From Heterodontus francisci (taxonomy: Eukaryota), in the NCBI RefSeq assembly GCF_036365525.1, contig NC_090404.1, forward strand, positions 3,410,001 to 3,474,000: DNA of 64,000 nt, written 5' to 3'. A program made the translations under genes and the position numbers. The notes beneath the pieces were generated by a model. It ran no database searches. It was not told the DNA's origin and worked only from the letters and a program-made list of their open reading frames with translations. This document shows positions 1 to 12,123 of this stretch, in pieces. Position 1 is the stretch's first letter, and each line of letters begins with the position of its first letter.

Positions 1-34
1 TATCAAACGCCAATAAGTCCAGTGTTAACAGCAT

Positions 35-1500
35 GCCATAGAAATATACGGAGAAGAAGGAGGCCATTCAGCCCATCATGCCTGTACCAGCTCCTTCAAA
101 GAACAATTCAATTGGCCCCCAGCCCGAGTCTTTCAGCGTAATCCTTCATGTTTTTATTTTCCTTTTGAGTATTTAGCCAATTTGAAAGTTATTACTGAAT
201 TTGGTTGCACCAGTCTTTCGGGCAGTTTATTCCCGATCATAACAACTCGCAGTGTAATCCTTTTATCCTCACGTCGCCTCTAGTTCTTTGGTCAATGACA
301 TTCAATCTGCGTTTTCTGATTAACCACCCTCCTGCCCCCAGACACAGTTTCTCCTTTTTTACTCTATCAAAGTCTCCAGGGATTTGAAAACCTCTATCGA
401 ATCTTCCCCTAACCTTCACTGTTCCAAGGAAAAGTAAACCAATTTCTCGAGAGTCTCCACCTAATTGCAGTCTGTTGTTCCTGCTGCCATGCCAATAAAT
501 CTCCTCTGCACTCCCTACAAGACCTTGACATCCTTCGTAAAATGCTCTACTCCAGTAGCAACCAAACCACAGTATTCTAAATGGTTACCAGGACATCTCT
601 GCTTTTGTACTCATTGCCTTCATTTATAAAGCCACGGGTCTAATTTTGTTTCTTAACGGCCTTGTCAAATTGATCTGCCACTTTCAAAGACACGAGTATG
701 TAAAATCTGCCCTGTTTACATTGTACGTTTTAGTTTTAGTGCCTCTCTTCCTTTTTCTGACCAAAATGGATCACTTGACATTTCCCTGCATTTAATTTCA
801 TCTGCCAACTGTCAGCCTATTCCAAAAAACCGCCTACATCTTTCTACAATCTGTTACAATCCTCCTCACTGTGTATTGCATTAAAGAGATTTGCGTCATC
901 TGCAAACGTTGATTTTATTTTATTCTCGAGTCCAAGTCATAAATATATATAAACAAAAAATGCTGTGGTCCTAACACCGACCACTGGGGACACCACTACG
1001 CCATTCCTTCCGGTCTGAAAGACAACTGTTTACCACGACACTCCTTTCCGCCCCTTACCAACATTGCATTGGGACAGCAACTGTCCCATAAATCACATGG
1101 GTGATAATTTTCCAGTAAATTATTGATGCGGTACTTTTTGAAACACCATTTGAAGGTCTATACACAACAGCAAACGCAATACCCTCATCCAACCTCTTAG
1201 TTACTGCGTCAAAGAACTCAATCATGTTAGTCGAATACGATTTTCCTAAAACACCATGGTGACTTTTAATTATTATTAACCCATCTGTGTTCTGGTGGGA
1301 TTTAATTTCCCCCCGGATTCATGGCACTAAAACCTTCCCGATACCGACCTAGGCTGACTCACCGATAATTTCTGGTTTCACTATTCTCTCCTTTTTTTGC
1401 ACAGGAGTAGATAAGGTTCTCTTCCACCACGACCTTATCTCAAAAGGTAAAATATTGTTCATTAAGCCTCTGAGTTTAAACCCTTAGTACCCTCCACAAC
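35..1500 (-). mobile_element. Degenerate CR1-type LINE (RT C-terminus and 3' region)
   Basis: Minus-strand remnants of CR1 ORF2 motifs (e.g. complement of 'ccccagtggtcggtgttagga', the VPQGSVLG-like region); many stops; boundaries approximate. Confidence 0.6.
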
Positions 1501-2789
1501 CTTGGATGTTTTATGTTTTATTTTGTCGTTTGTTCATTGACGGGATGTCGGCGTCGCTGGTGACGAGAGAACAATTTCCGAACCGGAATTGCTCTTCACG
1601 AGCTCGTGCTATGCCGCCTTTATGGGCCACTGCGGTGAAGGTAATGGCTCAGTGCTCCCAATTAGGAATTTTCAGGATTTTGACCCAGCGACGATGAACT
1701 TATTAATGTATCTTTTCCAATTACGATGTTGTGAGCATTAGAGAGGGAATTGAAGGTAGTGGCTTTCCCAAACGCCTGCTACCATTACTCTTCCCGTCCG
1801 CCCAGCCACGGGAAATAACCTCTCAGTGGCTAACCTGAATCAGAATCTTATATGTTTCAATGAGATCACCTCTCATTCTTCCAAACTTCAGAGAATACAG
1901 GTCCAATTTAATCAGCCCTTCTACTCCTCTATACATGGTGTAGAGGTCACAGTTCATCAAAACATAGGGCTGGATTTTGTGCAGGAGGCAGGGGTTCCCG
2001 CATCGGGCTAAAAAATTGGGGATACCCTTGTATGGGCCTTTTCACCCTCCTCTCCCACAGCGTCCCCCGTGATCCTCAGTTGTTCTAGAGACCAGGAGCT
2101 GCATTTTATGTTGCCTCCGTTGTAATCGCCGTAGCTGTAAACAAAATGGCGGTCTGCAAGCATCGACTTTACTCCGTGGAGCCTCTGTGATATTAAATGC
2201 GGCGATTCATTTACATGGCTAGTGCGGACGGCCGTCCCCCTCCTCCACCACCTTGACGTGACGGGTGGAGAGTACGTCTCGCCGCTGTGCAGGCGCCGAC
2301 GCGATTTTTAAAGGGCTTCAATTACCGTCATTGCACTTTAAAGTTTCAAACGGATAATTCATTAAAATGTACGGAACAATACATACATATTTTCAGCCCC
2401 TCTCCCAACCCCACACCCCCCACCCAATAGCCATCACTCATTCCCCCTCCCCACCCCCCAAAGTTCGTAAACTTTTAGGTTTACCCCTTCCCACCACTGC
2501 CTCCACCAATCCTCTTAGTTTGAACCGGCTTACCCCTCCCACACTGAAATACCTAACTGCTCCCCTCCCCCCCGCTCACCACCAGTGACGCACATCGGAT
2601 CTCCGAAGAGGGAACCAAAGGTATGGGAGTGGGACGGACAGCGGGAGTGGCTAAGTATTTAATTCAAGTATTTTATTAAATTTACATATTAGGGCTCCTG
2701 TCGCCGAGTGATGGGGTGACCACCGCGAGGCCTCGCTGCTGCCAGGACCATTGATCGGGCCTTCCTGGCTCGAAGCGAATATTCTGATA

Positions 2790-3250
2790 ATTTCGTATCC
2801 ATGCCACCGCTGACCCATTGATTCCATGGGCTTTAATTCTGCCAAAAAAAAGTCTTTTATGCGACAGTCTGTCAAAACCTTTTGACAATCCATATATAGA
2901 GTATGAACCGCACTAGCCTCCTCCACCCTCTCAGTTACTTCATCAAAGCGACTAACCAAGTTATTCAAACACTTTTTGCCTTCAGCAAATCCACGCTGAC
3001 TTACACTTACTAACCCATATTTGTCCAAGTGCCAAATAATTCTGTCGCACATTAATGACGCTAAACATTTCCCGACCACTGACTTTACTCTGAATCGCCT
3101 GCAATTTCTGGGTTTATCACTTTCTCCTTTTCTTAGCAATGATGTACCTTTTTTAAATCCTTCAGTCCTCTTGCACTGCACCCGTTTTCCAAGAAGGTGG
3201 AAGTTTGAGTGCAGACCCTCGCAATTTGCATCTTTAATTCCCTGTTCAAA
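2790..3250 (-). mobile_element. CR1 LINE reverse transcriptase fragment
   Basis: ORF 2651..3181 reads SVVGK...SQRGFAEGKKCLNNL...LYMDCQK, typical of CR1 RT. Confidence 0.75.
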
Positions 3251-3329
3251 CTAGAATTTCTTATTTGTTATTTATAGAACCAAGTGTGGGCGCTGGATTT
3301 TTCCCCAGTGGTGATGAACAAGCCCCCAA

Positions 3330-4350
3330 TATATTTCCAGATCAGGATGGTGTGGAATTTAAACACGATGTTGAAGATAATGGCTCTCCCATATACTTGC
3401 TGGTTTTGTCATTCGAGGTGGTCAACACAGCGGGTTTGGAAATTCTGTCACTGAAACCTTGGCAAGTTGCTCCTGTGCATCCTATCAATGGTACACAATG
3501 CAGCCATGTTAGGCCGATTGTGCAGGGAATGAATGTTTTATGTTGTTGCTTTGTCCTGGGTTGTGTGAAGGCCCTTGAGTGTGGTTGGATCTCCGTTCAT
3601 TCAGACAAATGGAAATTATTCCGCAAGGTATAAGTGAACAGTGTGAGTATTATTCCATCAGATCCCTTACTGCTGTCCAGTAGGTGATGGAAAGACTTCG
3701 GGGAGCCAAGTGTTAAGTCATTCCTCACAGTACTCACAGCCACTGACGTGCTGTCATAACCCCTGTATTTATGTGGTATTTATGTGGTTTTTTCCTGCTT
3801 CTTGTCAATTACGACACCACCACAGACATGTTGATAGTAGTAGATTTGATGATGGGAATGTTGTTGAATGTCAAGGGGAGGCGATTAGACTCCTTTGTTG
3901 AAGATTTTATGACAGACATTTGTACGACTGTTCTTTTCCACTTCTTAGCCCAAGTGCTGATGTCGTCCATGTCTGATTTCATCTGAGTATGGAGTGTTTC
4001 AGTATCTGAGGAATTGTGAATGGAAGTCACCACTTTGCAATCATCAAGAAACATGCTCACTTCTGACCTCACAATGGAGGGAAGGTCATTCATGAAGAAG
4101 CTGAAGATGGTTGGGCCCAGGACACTGCCCTGAGGAACCTCTGCAGCGATGTCCTGGGACTGAGATGATTGTCTCCAACAACCAGAAGCATTTTACTTTG
4201 TGCTCTATATGACTCCAACCAATGGTATGCTTTCAATCCGAACCCCAATGATTTCAATTCTACTGGGGCTGTTTAGCGTCAGATTGTTTCGAATGCTGCC
4301 TTGATGTCAAAATATCACGTAGCATCCCATCTGGACCTGGTACATTTCCA
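3330..4350 (-). mobile_element. Degenerate non-LTR retrotransposon fragment (same family as 61578-63513)
   Basis: ORF 3809..4093 NDLPSIVRSEVSMFLDDC matches the RT of the element at 62-63 kb. Confidence 0.75.
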
Positions 4351-5599
4351 CTTTGAACGCTGCCAACCTTTGAAGTGTCTTCACTTTATCCAATTTAATC
4401 TCATTAAGTTGCTCTACTGCCTCCTACTTGACAGTAACAATAGCAATATCCTCTTTTCTATGAAGATAAATACAAAAGACGCATCTAGAACCTTAGCCAA
4501 GCTCTCCGTCCCCATAAGAATATCACCGTGCTGGTGCCGAAACGGATTTGGTTCCTATATTTTAGATAGACTGCGTCACTTCTCCGATGCCATTTTAATA
4601 TTGTTCTGATGAAGGGATACATCCTAATCCCCTTTGAAAGTTACTATTGAATCTGCTACCACTACACTTTCAGGCAGCGTATGTGAGATCATAACAACTC
4701 ATTGCATGAAACAAAATCTGCATCACTCCTCTTGTTTTACTGGATATTGTATATCACCAAGGAAACACCGATCTATTGCCCAGTCACCTCATTCGTAAGA
4801 TGTTGCCATGTACAACATATAGTGGGAGTTGGGGGTGGTCATACACTCAATCTGACAATGCAGTGCAACATGGATCCATAAATACTGAATAAATAACAAA
4901 TTCAATAGAGAATTGCTCGCAAACAAAATTATACCACATGGGATTGGGGGTAATATATCGGTATGGATTGAAAATTGGTTTCCTGACGGAAAACAGAGAG
5001 TAGGAGAAAAGGGGTTATCTCAGGTTGGGAGGCAGTTACTAGTGGATAAACGCAAGGGTCAGTGCTGGTGATACAGCTGTTCACAATCTATATAAATGAT
5101 TTGGATGTGGGGACTAAATGTTGTATTTCCAAATGTGCTAATGACGCAAAAATAGGTGGGAATAAGTGGTGAGGAGGATGCAAGGAGGCTTCAAGGGGCC
5201 TTGGGCAGGCTAAGAACATGGCAGGAGGAATATAATGTGAACAAGTATGAAGTGATCCACTTTGGTAAAATTCAGAAAATCTCTTTTACTGAGAGAGAGA
5301 TAGAGAGAGAAATGAGAATGTGGAATTCTCTATTTAAGGAGTTAGGTAAATATACGAGGCAGAAAGGGACAGAAGAATAAGTCAATTAGGAGAGATGATA
5401 TATATAAAGCAGGTGGATTTTCATGTGAAGTATAAATTTGGGAATAGACTATTTTGGCAGAACAGCCGCTCTCTGTGCTGTAACTATGTAACTAGACGAA
5501 ATTTGTATATTAACTTATTTTGCTTTAATCTTCCTATTAACAGAATCCCGCTCCGACCTCGTATTAATGCAATCAGTTTTGGTTATCACAAAGACTGAC

Positions 5600-5881
5600 T
5601 GGTTCCATCAACTATCATGGGAAATGTCTGGGGATGGCATAGATGGCCATATTATGTACTGGTATCTACAGTTCCCAGGGAAAAGTCTGTGTGGGTAGTC
5701 AGATGTTACGACTCCTCTAATACCAGTTATGTATGTTGACTTGGAAACCGATTCTCTGCTTCAACCGCCAGCTCTACTTTCGCTTTAGGAATGAGCAGCA
5801 TTGTGCCAGAGGATGCCGCCGAGTATTACTGTGCAGCCAGACCACAGTCGGAGCAACCCAGGCTGAGCTGGTGAAGAAACG
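5600..5881 (+). pseudogene. Ig heavy-chain-like V pseudogene, IgW-VH-like (V1), with degenerate 23-RSS
   Basis: Two frames read EMSGDGIDGHIMYWYLQFPGKSL / WVVRCYDSSNTSYVC*LGNRFSASTASSTFALGMSSIVPEDAAEYYCAAR (frameshift and stop). Heptamer CACAGTC 5843-5849, 23-bp spacer, weak nonamer GAAGAAACG 5873-5881. The IgW resemblance (short FR3 RFSAST.SST) is from memory of shark VH families. Confidence 0.8.
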
Positions 5882-6399
5882 CAGACACGAGGAGATGAAG
5901 AAAAAAGACAGCAGAAAACACCGACCAATTTCACTTATTTAACCATCAGATCCTGCAGAAAAATCTGGCGACCCCTCTTTCCAACAAAGACATCATTAAC
6001 CCCGGCAAGGTCACAGAAAAATAAAACACCCTTCAAACAATTTCAAGAAATAACTGCCAGAACGTACTTACAATCTGTAACAAAATTAGCACGCGTGCTC
6101 CAGGTGCTCATGGTTTCCTAAATCATTCCAATAGCCGTCGCATCATCCAAAACCCATAACCATTAAACAATTCCAAAAAAACATCAATTTCACAGTTGTC
6201 GATTGTAAGGTCTCGTTTATGTGGGGTTAGAACTATAGCGATTTCGCACCAGTTCAAATGTCTTGAACTCGCACAGAATACTAGAACAAGCATATTATAT
6301 AATTTCTCGTTAATGTTCAATTACCTTTTGTGTACTTAAGTCCTTCTAATTCCCTATAAATAATGTGGGGATCACATTTCATAAAATCATCCAAGTATA

Positions 6400-6866
6400 C
6401 CTGGGATGGAACATTTAAGCTATGAAGAGAGGTTGTATAGGCTTGGGTTGTTTTCGCTGGAGCAGAGAAGACTGAGGGGTGACATGATCGAGGTGTACAA
6501 GATTATTAGAGGCATAGACAGGGTGGATAGGGAGCAGCTGTTCCCCTTAGTTGGAGGGTCAGTAACGAGGGGTCACAAGTTTAAGGTGAGGGGCAGGAGG
6601 TTTAAGGGGGTTTTGAGGAAGAACATTTTTACCCAGGGGGTGGTGACGGTCTGGAATGCCCTGCCTGGGAGGGTGGTAGAGGCGGGTTGCCTCACATTCT
6701 TTAAAAAGTACTTGGATGAGCACTTGGCACGTCATAACATTCAAGGCTATGGGCCAAGTGCTGGCAAATGGGATTAGGTAGAGAGGTCAGGTGTCTTTAA
6801 TGAATCGGTGCAGACTCGATGGGCCGAAGGGCCTCTTCTGCACTGTATTATTCTGTGATTCTGTGA
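6400..6866 (+). mobile_element. CR1 LINE 3' end, little decayed
   Basis: ORF 6406..6777 LSYEERL..LGLFSLEQRRLRGDMIEVYKI; (ATTCTGTG)n tail at about 6850-6866. Confidence 0.9.
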
Positions 6867-7139
6867 TACAACACAAAGGTCTATTCTTCTGTTGATGTCT
6901 GCGCCAGCTGTTTGGTAGGGTCAGTCAATGAATCCCACTCTCCTGCCTCTTCCCCGTAGCCCTGCAACTCCCTTTTCCCTTCAACTATTTTTCCAGTCCT
7001 CCGTTGAATGTTACTGTTGAATCTGTTTCTCGGACTCTTGCAGGAAGTTATGATCCGGATGTGCTGTCTGAATGGATGATGGAAACAACTTCAAAGAGTC
7101 GGGCAACAAGTTGTGACCAATGGCCGCCTTCAGTGCTGT

Positions 7140-7456
7140 ATGATTACATGATTTACATACAATCCTATAAACAACATTAATATTTAATACTAAATAATAT
7201 TTTGCACTTTACGTATTCCTATTACTGAAATCATAAGCAGTACAGATCAATTTGACAACTTCACGAGCCATTTTAATCGCACTGTTTGCGTTCATGTGGA
7301 TGCCGTCATGTGGTTGCTCTTGACGTCGGTTCCATGCAACCAATAATTTGTATTTTCAAACCCGACTCCTCTGCCGGGTACAGAAATCCCCGCGACTGAG
7401 GATCGGGATGCAACAATCCGCCAATTATTTTACTCACTGAGTGACTGGAGGAACGG
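7140..7456 (+). promoter_or_regulatory. V2 promoter block, paralogous to the V3 and V4 promoters
   Basis: Shares CCAAT, GACTGAG, ACAATC and CTCA(G/C)TGAGTGACTGGAG motifs in the same order as 11780-12123 and 15320-15640. Confidence 0.7.
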
Positions 7457-7459
7457 GAG

Positions 7460-7706
7460 CTCTTGACGTCAAGGCAGTATATGACCGAGTATGGCGTCAA
7501 CAAGCCTCAGCAAAACTGGAGTCAATGGGAATCAGGAGGAAAAGGAAGATGGTTGTTGCTGTTGGAGATCAATCATTTCAGCTCCAGGACATCACTACTG
7601 GAGTTCCTCAGTGTAGTGGCCTAGGCCTAACCATCTTCAGCTGCTTCATCAATAATCTTCCGTCAATCGTAAGATCAGACGTGGAGATGTTTGCTGATGA
7701 TTGCAA
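7460..7706 (+). mobile_element. LINE RT fragment replacing the leader and 5' half of V2
   Basis: ORF 7441..7731 LDVKAVYDRVW...GVPQCSGLG...MFADDC sits between the V promoter and V FR3. Confidence 0.85.
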
Positions 7707-7718
7707 ACTTCGAAAGGG

Positions 7719-7876
7719 TGCAGTCAAGTAGTTAGAAATCGAGTTATTGCTTTCAAAGACCTTTCAAACAATATCTTCACTTTGGTTATTAGGAGTTTTA
7801 CAGTGGAAGACAGCGCTACTTATTATTGTGCATGGATCACAGTGACACGGATCAGACCCAGATCTGCACAAAAAAA
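7719..7876 (+). pseudogene. TAILV-like (Ig-VH-like) V pseudogene V2, 3' half with intact 23-RSS
   Basis: SQVVRNRVIAFKDLSNNIFTLVIRSFTVEDSATYYCAW; CACAGTG 7838-7844, 23 bp, ACAAAAAAA 7868-7876. Confidence 0.9.
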
Positions 7877-7944
7877 CGAACAAAGGGAAATGCAATTTCC
7901 CTCATCATGGAACATCAATAAATCCACCGTTGGCGGCAGTTCAC

Positions 7945-9290
7945 AGAATCATACCGAACGTAAGGAGGCCATTCAGCCCAGCATACCTGACCAGCACCTT
8001 CAAAGAACGATTAATTAGTCTCACTCCCCAACTCTTACCCACTAACCTTGAATTTTGTTTTTCCTTTGAGTATTTATCCAATTCCCTTTTGAAAGTTATT
8101 ATTGAATTTGGTTCCACAGCCTTTCAGGCAGTTTATTCCAAGTTACAACAATTCGCTGCTTATTCGTTCTTATCTTCATGTCGTCTCTGGCTCTTTTCCT
8201 AATTATATTAAATCTGCATTCTCTTGTTAACCACCCTCTGCGACCAGACTCAGTTTTTCCTTATTTGCTCTACCAATCCCTCCAAGATTTTGCAAGCCTC
8301 AAGTCAATCTGAGTAGAGCAGCTCCAGTTTCTCAAGTCTCCCCATAACTGGAGTCTTTCATACACGCTACCAACCCAGTAAATCTCTTCCGCACCCTCTT
8401 TAAGATCTTGACATCCTCCCTAAAGTCCTGTGCCCAGATATGAACAGAATACCCCAATTGGGGCATAACCAGAGTTCTCCACAAGGCTGCCAGAACTACC
8501 CTCCTTCTGTACTCTTTACCTTTATTGATAAAGCCATGGATACAGTTCGACGGCTTAATGACCTACTCAACTTGTACTGCTACTTTCAAAGACTTCTGTA
8601 CGAATACATTGTTACATCACCACTGTTAAATATCGACCATTTAGCTTATATTGCCTCTGTTCACTTCTCCTACCAAAATGAATCACTTCACTGCATTGTC
8701 TTTCAACTGCCAAGTGTCGCTCTATGTCGTCCTGAAATCTGTTAATATTTACCTCACTGTTTTATCACATTTCCCCGTTTGGTATCATCTGCAAACTGTG
8801 AAATTTTGCCTGTAAACACAAGTGCAGATGAAATATCATGTTCCCAACGCCGATCACTGGGGAAACATCATTACATTCTTCCTTCCTGGCTGTAAAACAA
8901 CCAGCCACCACCACTCGGCCACTACTACCCCTAGGCTGATTTCGTATCGACGCAGCCACTACCCCATAAATCTCATGGGCTTCAGTTTGGCTCACAAGTC
9001 TATTTTATGGCAATTTCTCAACCGCCACTTGAAAATCCTTTTGCACAACACGCACTGCACCATCCTCATCCAGCATCTCAGTTACTTCACTAAAATGTTC
9101 AATCAATTCATTGAAATACATTTTGCCAATAACCGATCCCAGTTGACTTTCATGTAGTAAACCATATTTCTCTAGGTGTTAAATAATTCTGTCGCCCGTT
9201 AATAACTCTAAAAGTTTCCCCACAACTGACGTTTAGGCTGACTTGCCTATAATTTCCTGCTTTATCGCTCTCCACTTTTTGAGCAAGTTT
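7945..9290 (-). mobile_element. Degenerate CR1 LINE
   Basis: Minus-strand CR1 3' and RT remnants (ORF 8765..8995 HEIYGVVAASIRN...RVVVAGCF). Confidence 0.65.
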
Positions 9291-9299
9291 GTACCATTC

Positions 9300-10180
9300 A
9301 GCGTTGTGTGGAGCTTAAAGAGGAACTTGTTGATGGCGGTGTTCCTACACACCTGCTATTCCTGTCGTTCTAGGTGGTGGATGCTGCTGGATTGGGAGAT
9401 GTTTTCGATAACTCCTTGGCGAGTTGCTGCGGTGCATCTTGTGGGTGATGAGCTCTGCAGCCAGATCGCGCCGATGATGGAGGGAGCAAACGATTAAGAT
9501 TGTGGATGGACTGCTGATCAAATGGTCGGCTTTGTTCTGGATGGTGTCAAAATTCTTGAGCGTTCTTGGAACTGCATTAATTCAGGCAAATTGAAATTAT
9601 TTCTCCATGTCTAAGGCAAGAGTGTGAATGTTATTCTATCAGACTCCTGCCTTCTGCCTATAGGAAAGGCTTTGGTCGATCCACACAGTAAATACAGCCT
9701 GTGACCTGCTCTTAACGCCACAGCATTTATGTGATATTTATGTGGCTGGTCCACTTTCTTTCCAGCGGCTATCCCAATCCAGAGATATTGATGGTTGGAG
9801 ATTTTGCAATGGTAATATCTGTGAATGGAAAGCAGGGATAGGGGTCGAGGGGGGTGGGGGGCGGTATCGCTTGTGGTTAGATTCTGAGGGGTTGTGAATA
9901 GAACTGATCACTATGCAATCATCAGCGAACATCCCCACTTCTGGCCTTTCAATGGAGGGAAATCATTACTGAAGCAGATGAAGATGATTGGAACTAGAAC
10001 ATTGCCCGGTGCGATGGTCTGGGCTGCGATGATTGGCCTCAAAAAACCACAATAATGCTCCATTGTGCTAGTTTTAATCAGCCAGTAGTAACTATTCACT
10101 CTGATCTCCATTGACGTCAATTTTACTAGGGCTGTTTGATGTCTGACTCTCTGGGATACTATCTTGATATCAAAATGTCA
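9300..10180 (-). mobile_element. Degenerate LINE fragment (family of 61578-63513)
   Basis: ORF 9738..9938 MGMFADDC; similar to 61.6-62.6 kb. Confidence 0.7.
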
Positions 10181-11078
10181 GGATACATCCCGACCGGTCG
10201 TCTGGCGCTTCTATTTTGTGCGCTGCAACCCTTTAAATGTATCCCTTTATCTATTCTAATCCCACTAAGCTGCTCTACTGCCTCCTTCTTGACTTTGAAA
10301 ATAGCAGCATCCTCTTCTTTTGTGAAGCTAAATGCAAAATACTCAATTAGTATCTAAGCCATGCTCTCTGTCTCCACAAGAATATCACTGTTTTGGTCCC
10401 TAATCCGTTTTGGTTCCTACGTTTTAGATACACTGGGATCAATGGCCGATTCCTCATTTTAAGTTCATAAAACATTGCGGTGAATCGTAGAGGCTTGTGC
10501 TTTTTTTACTCGATATAATAGTCCGAACGAACGACTCCATTTTCTTTTGTCCCACATACAATGAGCTGACTGGCCGACTTCTCTTCCTCTGTTCCAAGAT
10601 ATCCCGAGGAGCATCTCTGAATAGCCTTCATGGAGTCAAAGAATGGTACAGCACTGAAAGAGGCCTTTCGGGCTACTGTACCTTTGGCTGTTCTGAAATA
10701 AGCGATTCAACTCATCTTCCCACCTACTCTTTCCACCCATCCCTGTAAATGTTCGCGTTTCATGTATACAATCAACTCGCCTTTGATAATAATTGCTGAA
10801 TCTACTTCCTCCAGCCTTTCAGACAGTGCATTCCAGAACAGAACAACTTGATGTGTAACAAATCAGGTTCCTCATACCACCTCTCATTCTTTTGCAGATG
10901 GCGTAGATATATGTCATACAGCTACCAGCCCTTCCACAAATGGAAATGTCTGTCCTTATTTTCTCTATTAAAACCAATCATGATGGTGAACATTTCTGTC
11001 AAATATTCCGTTTATCCTTTCTGCGATAAGGCGAACCATCTCAGCCTCTCCAGTCTCTCCACATAACTGAAGAAATAT

Positions 11079-11560
11079 GAGTATTGCTGAAAATAGCGTC
11101 ATTATATCAAAGCTTTTCGTCTTGCACTCACCAGGACATCCGAATGTCAATGTAAGGGAAACAACATATTTATACTGTATGAGAAGAGATTGCAGACTGG
11201 TTGGCAAGTGGATTCTGATTGGTAGAAGCATTGCAATGGAGGACGCACCAGTGTCTGGTGCCTGGCACTTAACTGTCAAGCTTTGTTTGAAATTTAAACC
11301 AGGCAATTTGGCTTTGATTGGTCAAGGCATTGCCCTGAGGAATGAACCTGCGTCGGGCTTTCACGTATTTTGTTCAACTTAAGCAGGAACAGTCTTTTCA
11401 CTCTCTTCTCTAGAGAAGCACTTGTTCTCATACAGTCTGAATTTATTGTTTCTCTTACATTCGTATTCTTTCAGATTGTCCTGATGAGTGCAAGACGAAA
11501 AGCTTCAACAAAATGTCCCTATTTTCAGCAGTACTCAAGTTCTGTACTACCAAACGACTA
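11079..11560. mobile_element. Inverted-repeat element carrying minimal hammerhead ribozyme motifs (Penelope-like derivative)
   Basis: About 60-bp imperfect inverted repeats 11079-11138 / 11477-11536; the right arm contains TTGTC-CTGATGA-GTGCAAGAC-GAAA-AGCT-TC; a related arm occurs at 61500-61577. Confidence 0.65.
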
Positions 11561-11779
11561 TTTTAAGGAATATGCTTTTACACAGCTGTGATCTGGACTG
11601 CATTGCATGAATAGGTGTTGTCTGCAGATCCAATAGTAAATTTAAAAGAGAATTGGATATACAGTTCAAACGGGATCATCTAGGGCTCTGTGGAAAGAGC
11701 GGGGAGTGGGACTAAAGGGATAGATCTTTTAAAGAGTGGGCGCAGCAGGTTCGTCCGAATGTGTTGCGTGATTCTATAA

Positions 11780-12123
11780 TTCTATCTTCCTAAATCATTC
11801 CGAGAAACAACAGGAACATTAAATGCTAAATAAATGTTGTGCTCAACACAATGTTGCACACTAAATCATAAGGAGTTGTATTCAATTCGCCTACTTTAAC
11901 AATGTGAAACTCTAAACGCCCAATTTGCGTTTATATGGATTCGGCTAAGTGTTTGCAGTCGACGTAGATTGAAAGTAACCAATAGTTTGTGTCTTCAGAC
12001 CCGCGCCCTCTGTTGGTTGCATCAGCCCCATGACTGAGAATCAGGATTCAACAATCAGACAACCGCTTTGCTCAGTGAGTGACTGGAGGAGCCGCTGCAT
12101 AATTTAGCCAAGAGTCAAGAAGC
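11780..12123 (+). promoter_or_regulatory. V3 promoter block with candidate CTCF site (12003-12016, minus strand)
   Basis: Conserved among V2, V3 and V4; reverse complement CCAACAGAGGGCGC resembles CTCF core CCASYAGRKGGCRS. Confidence 0.65.
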
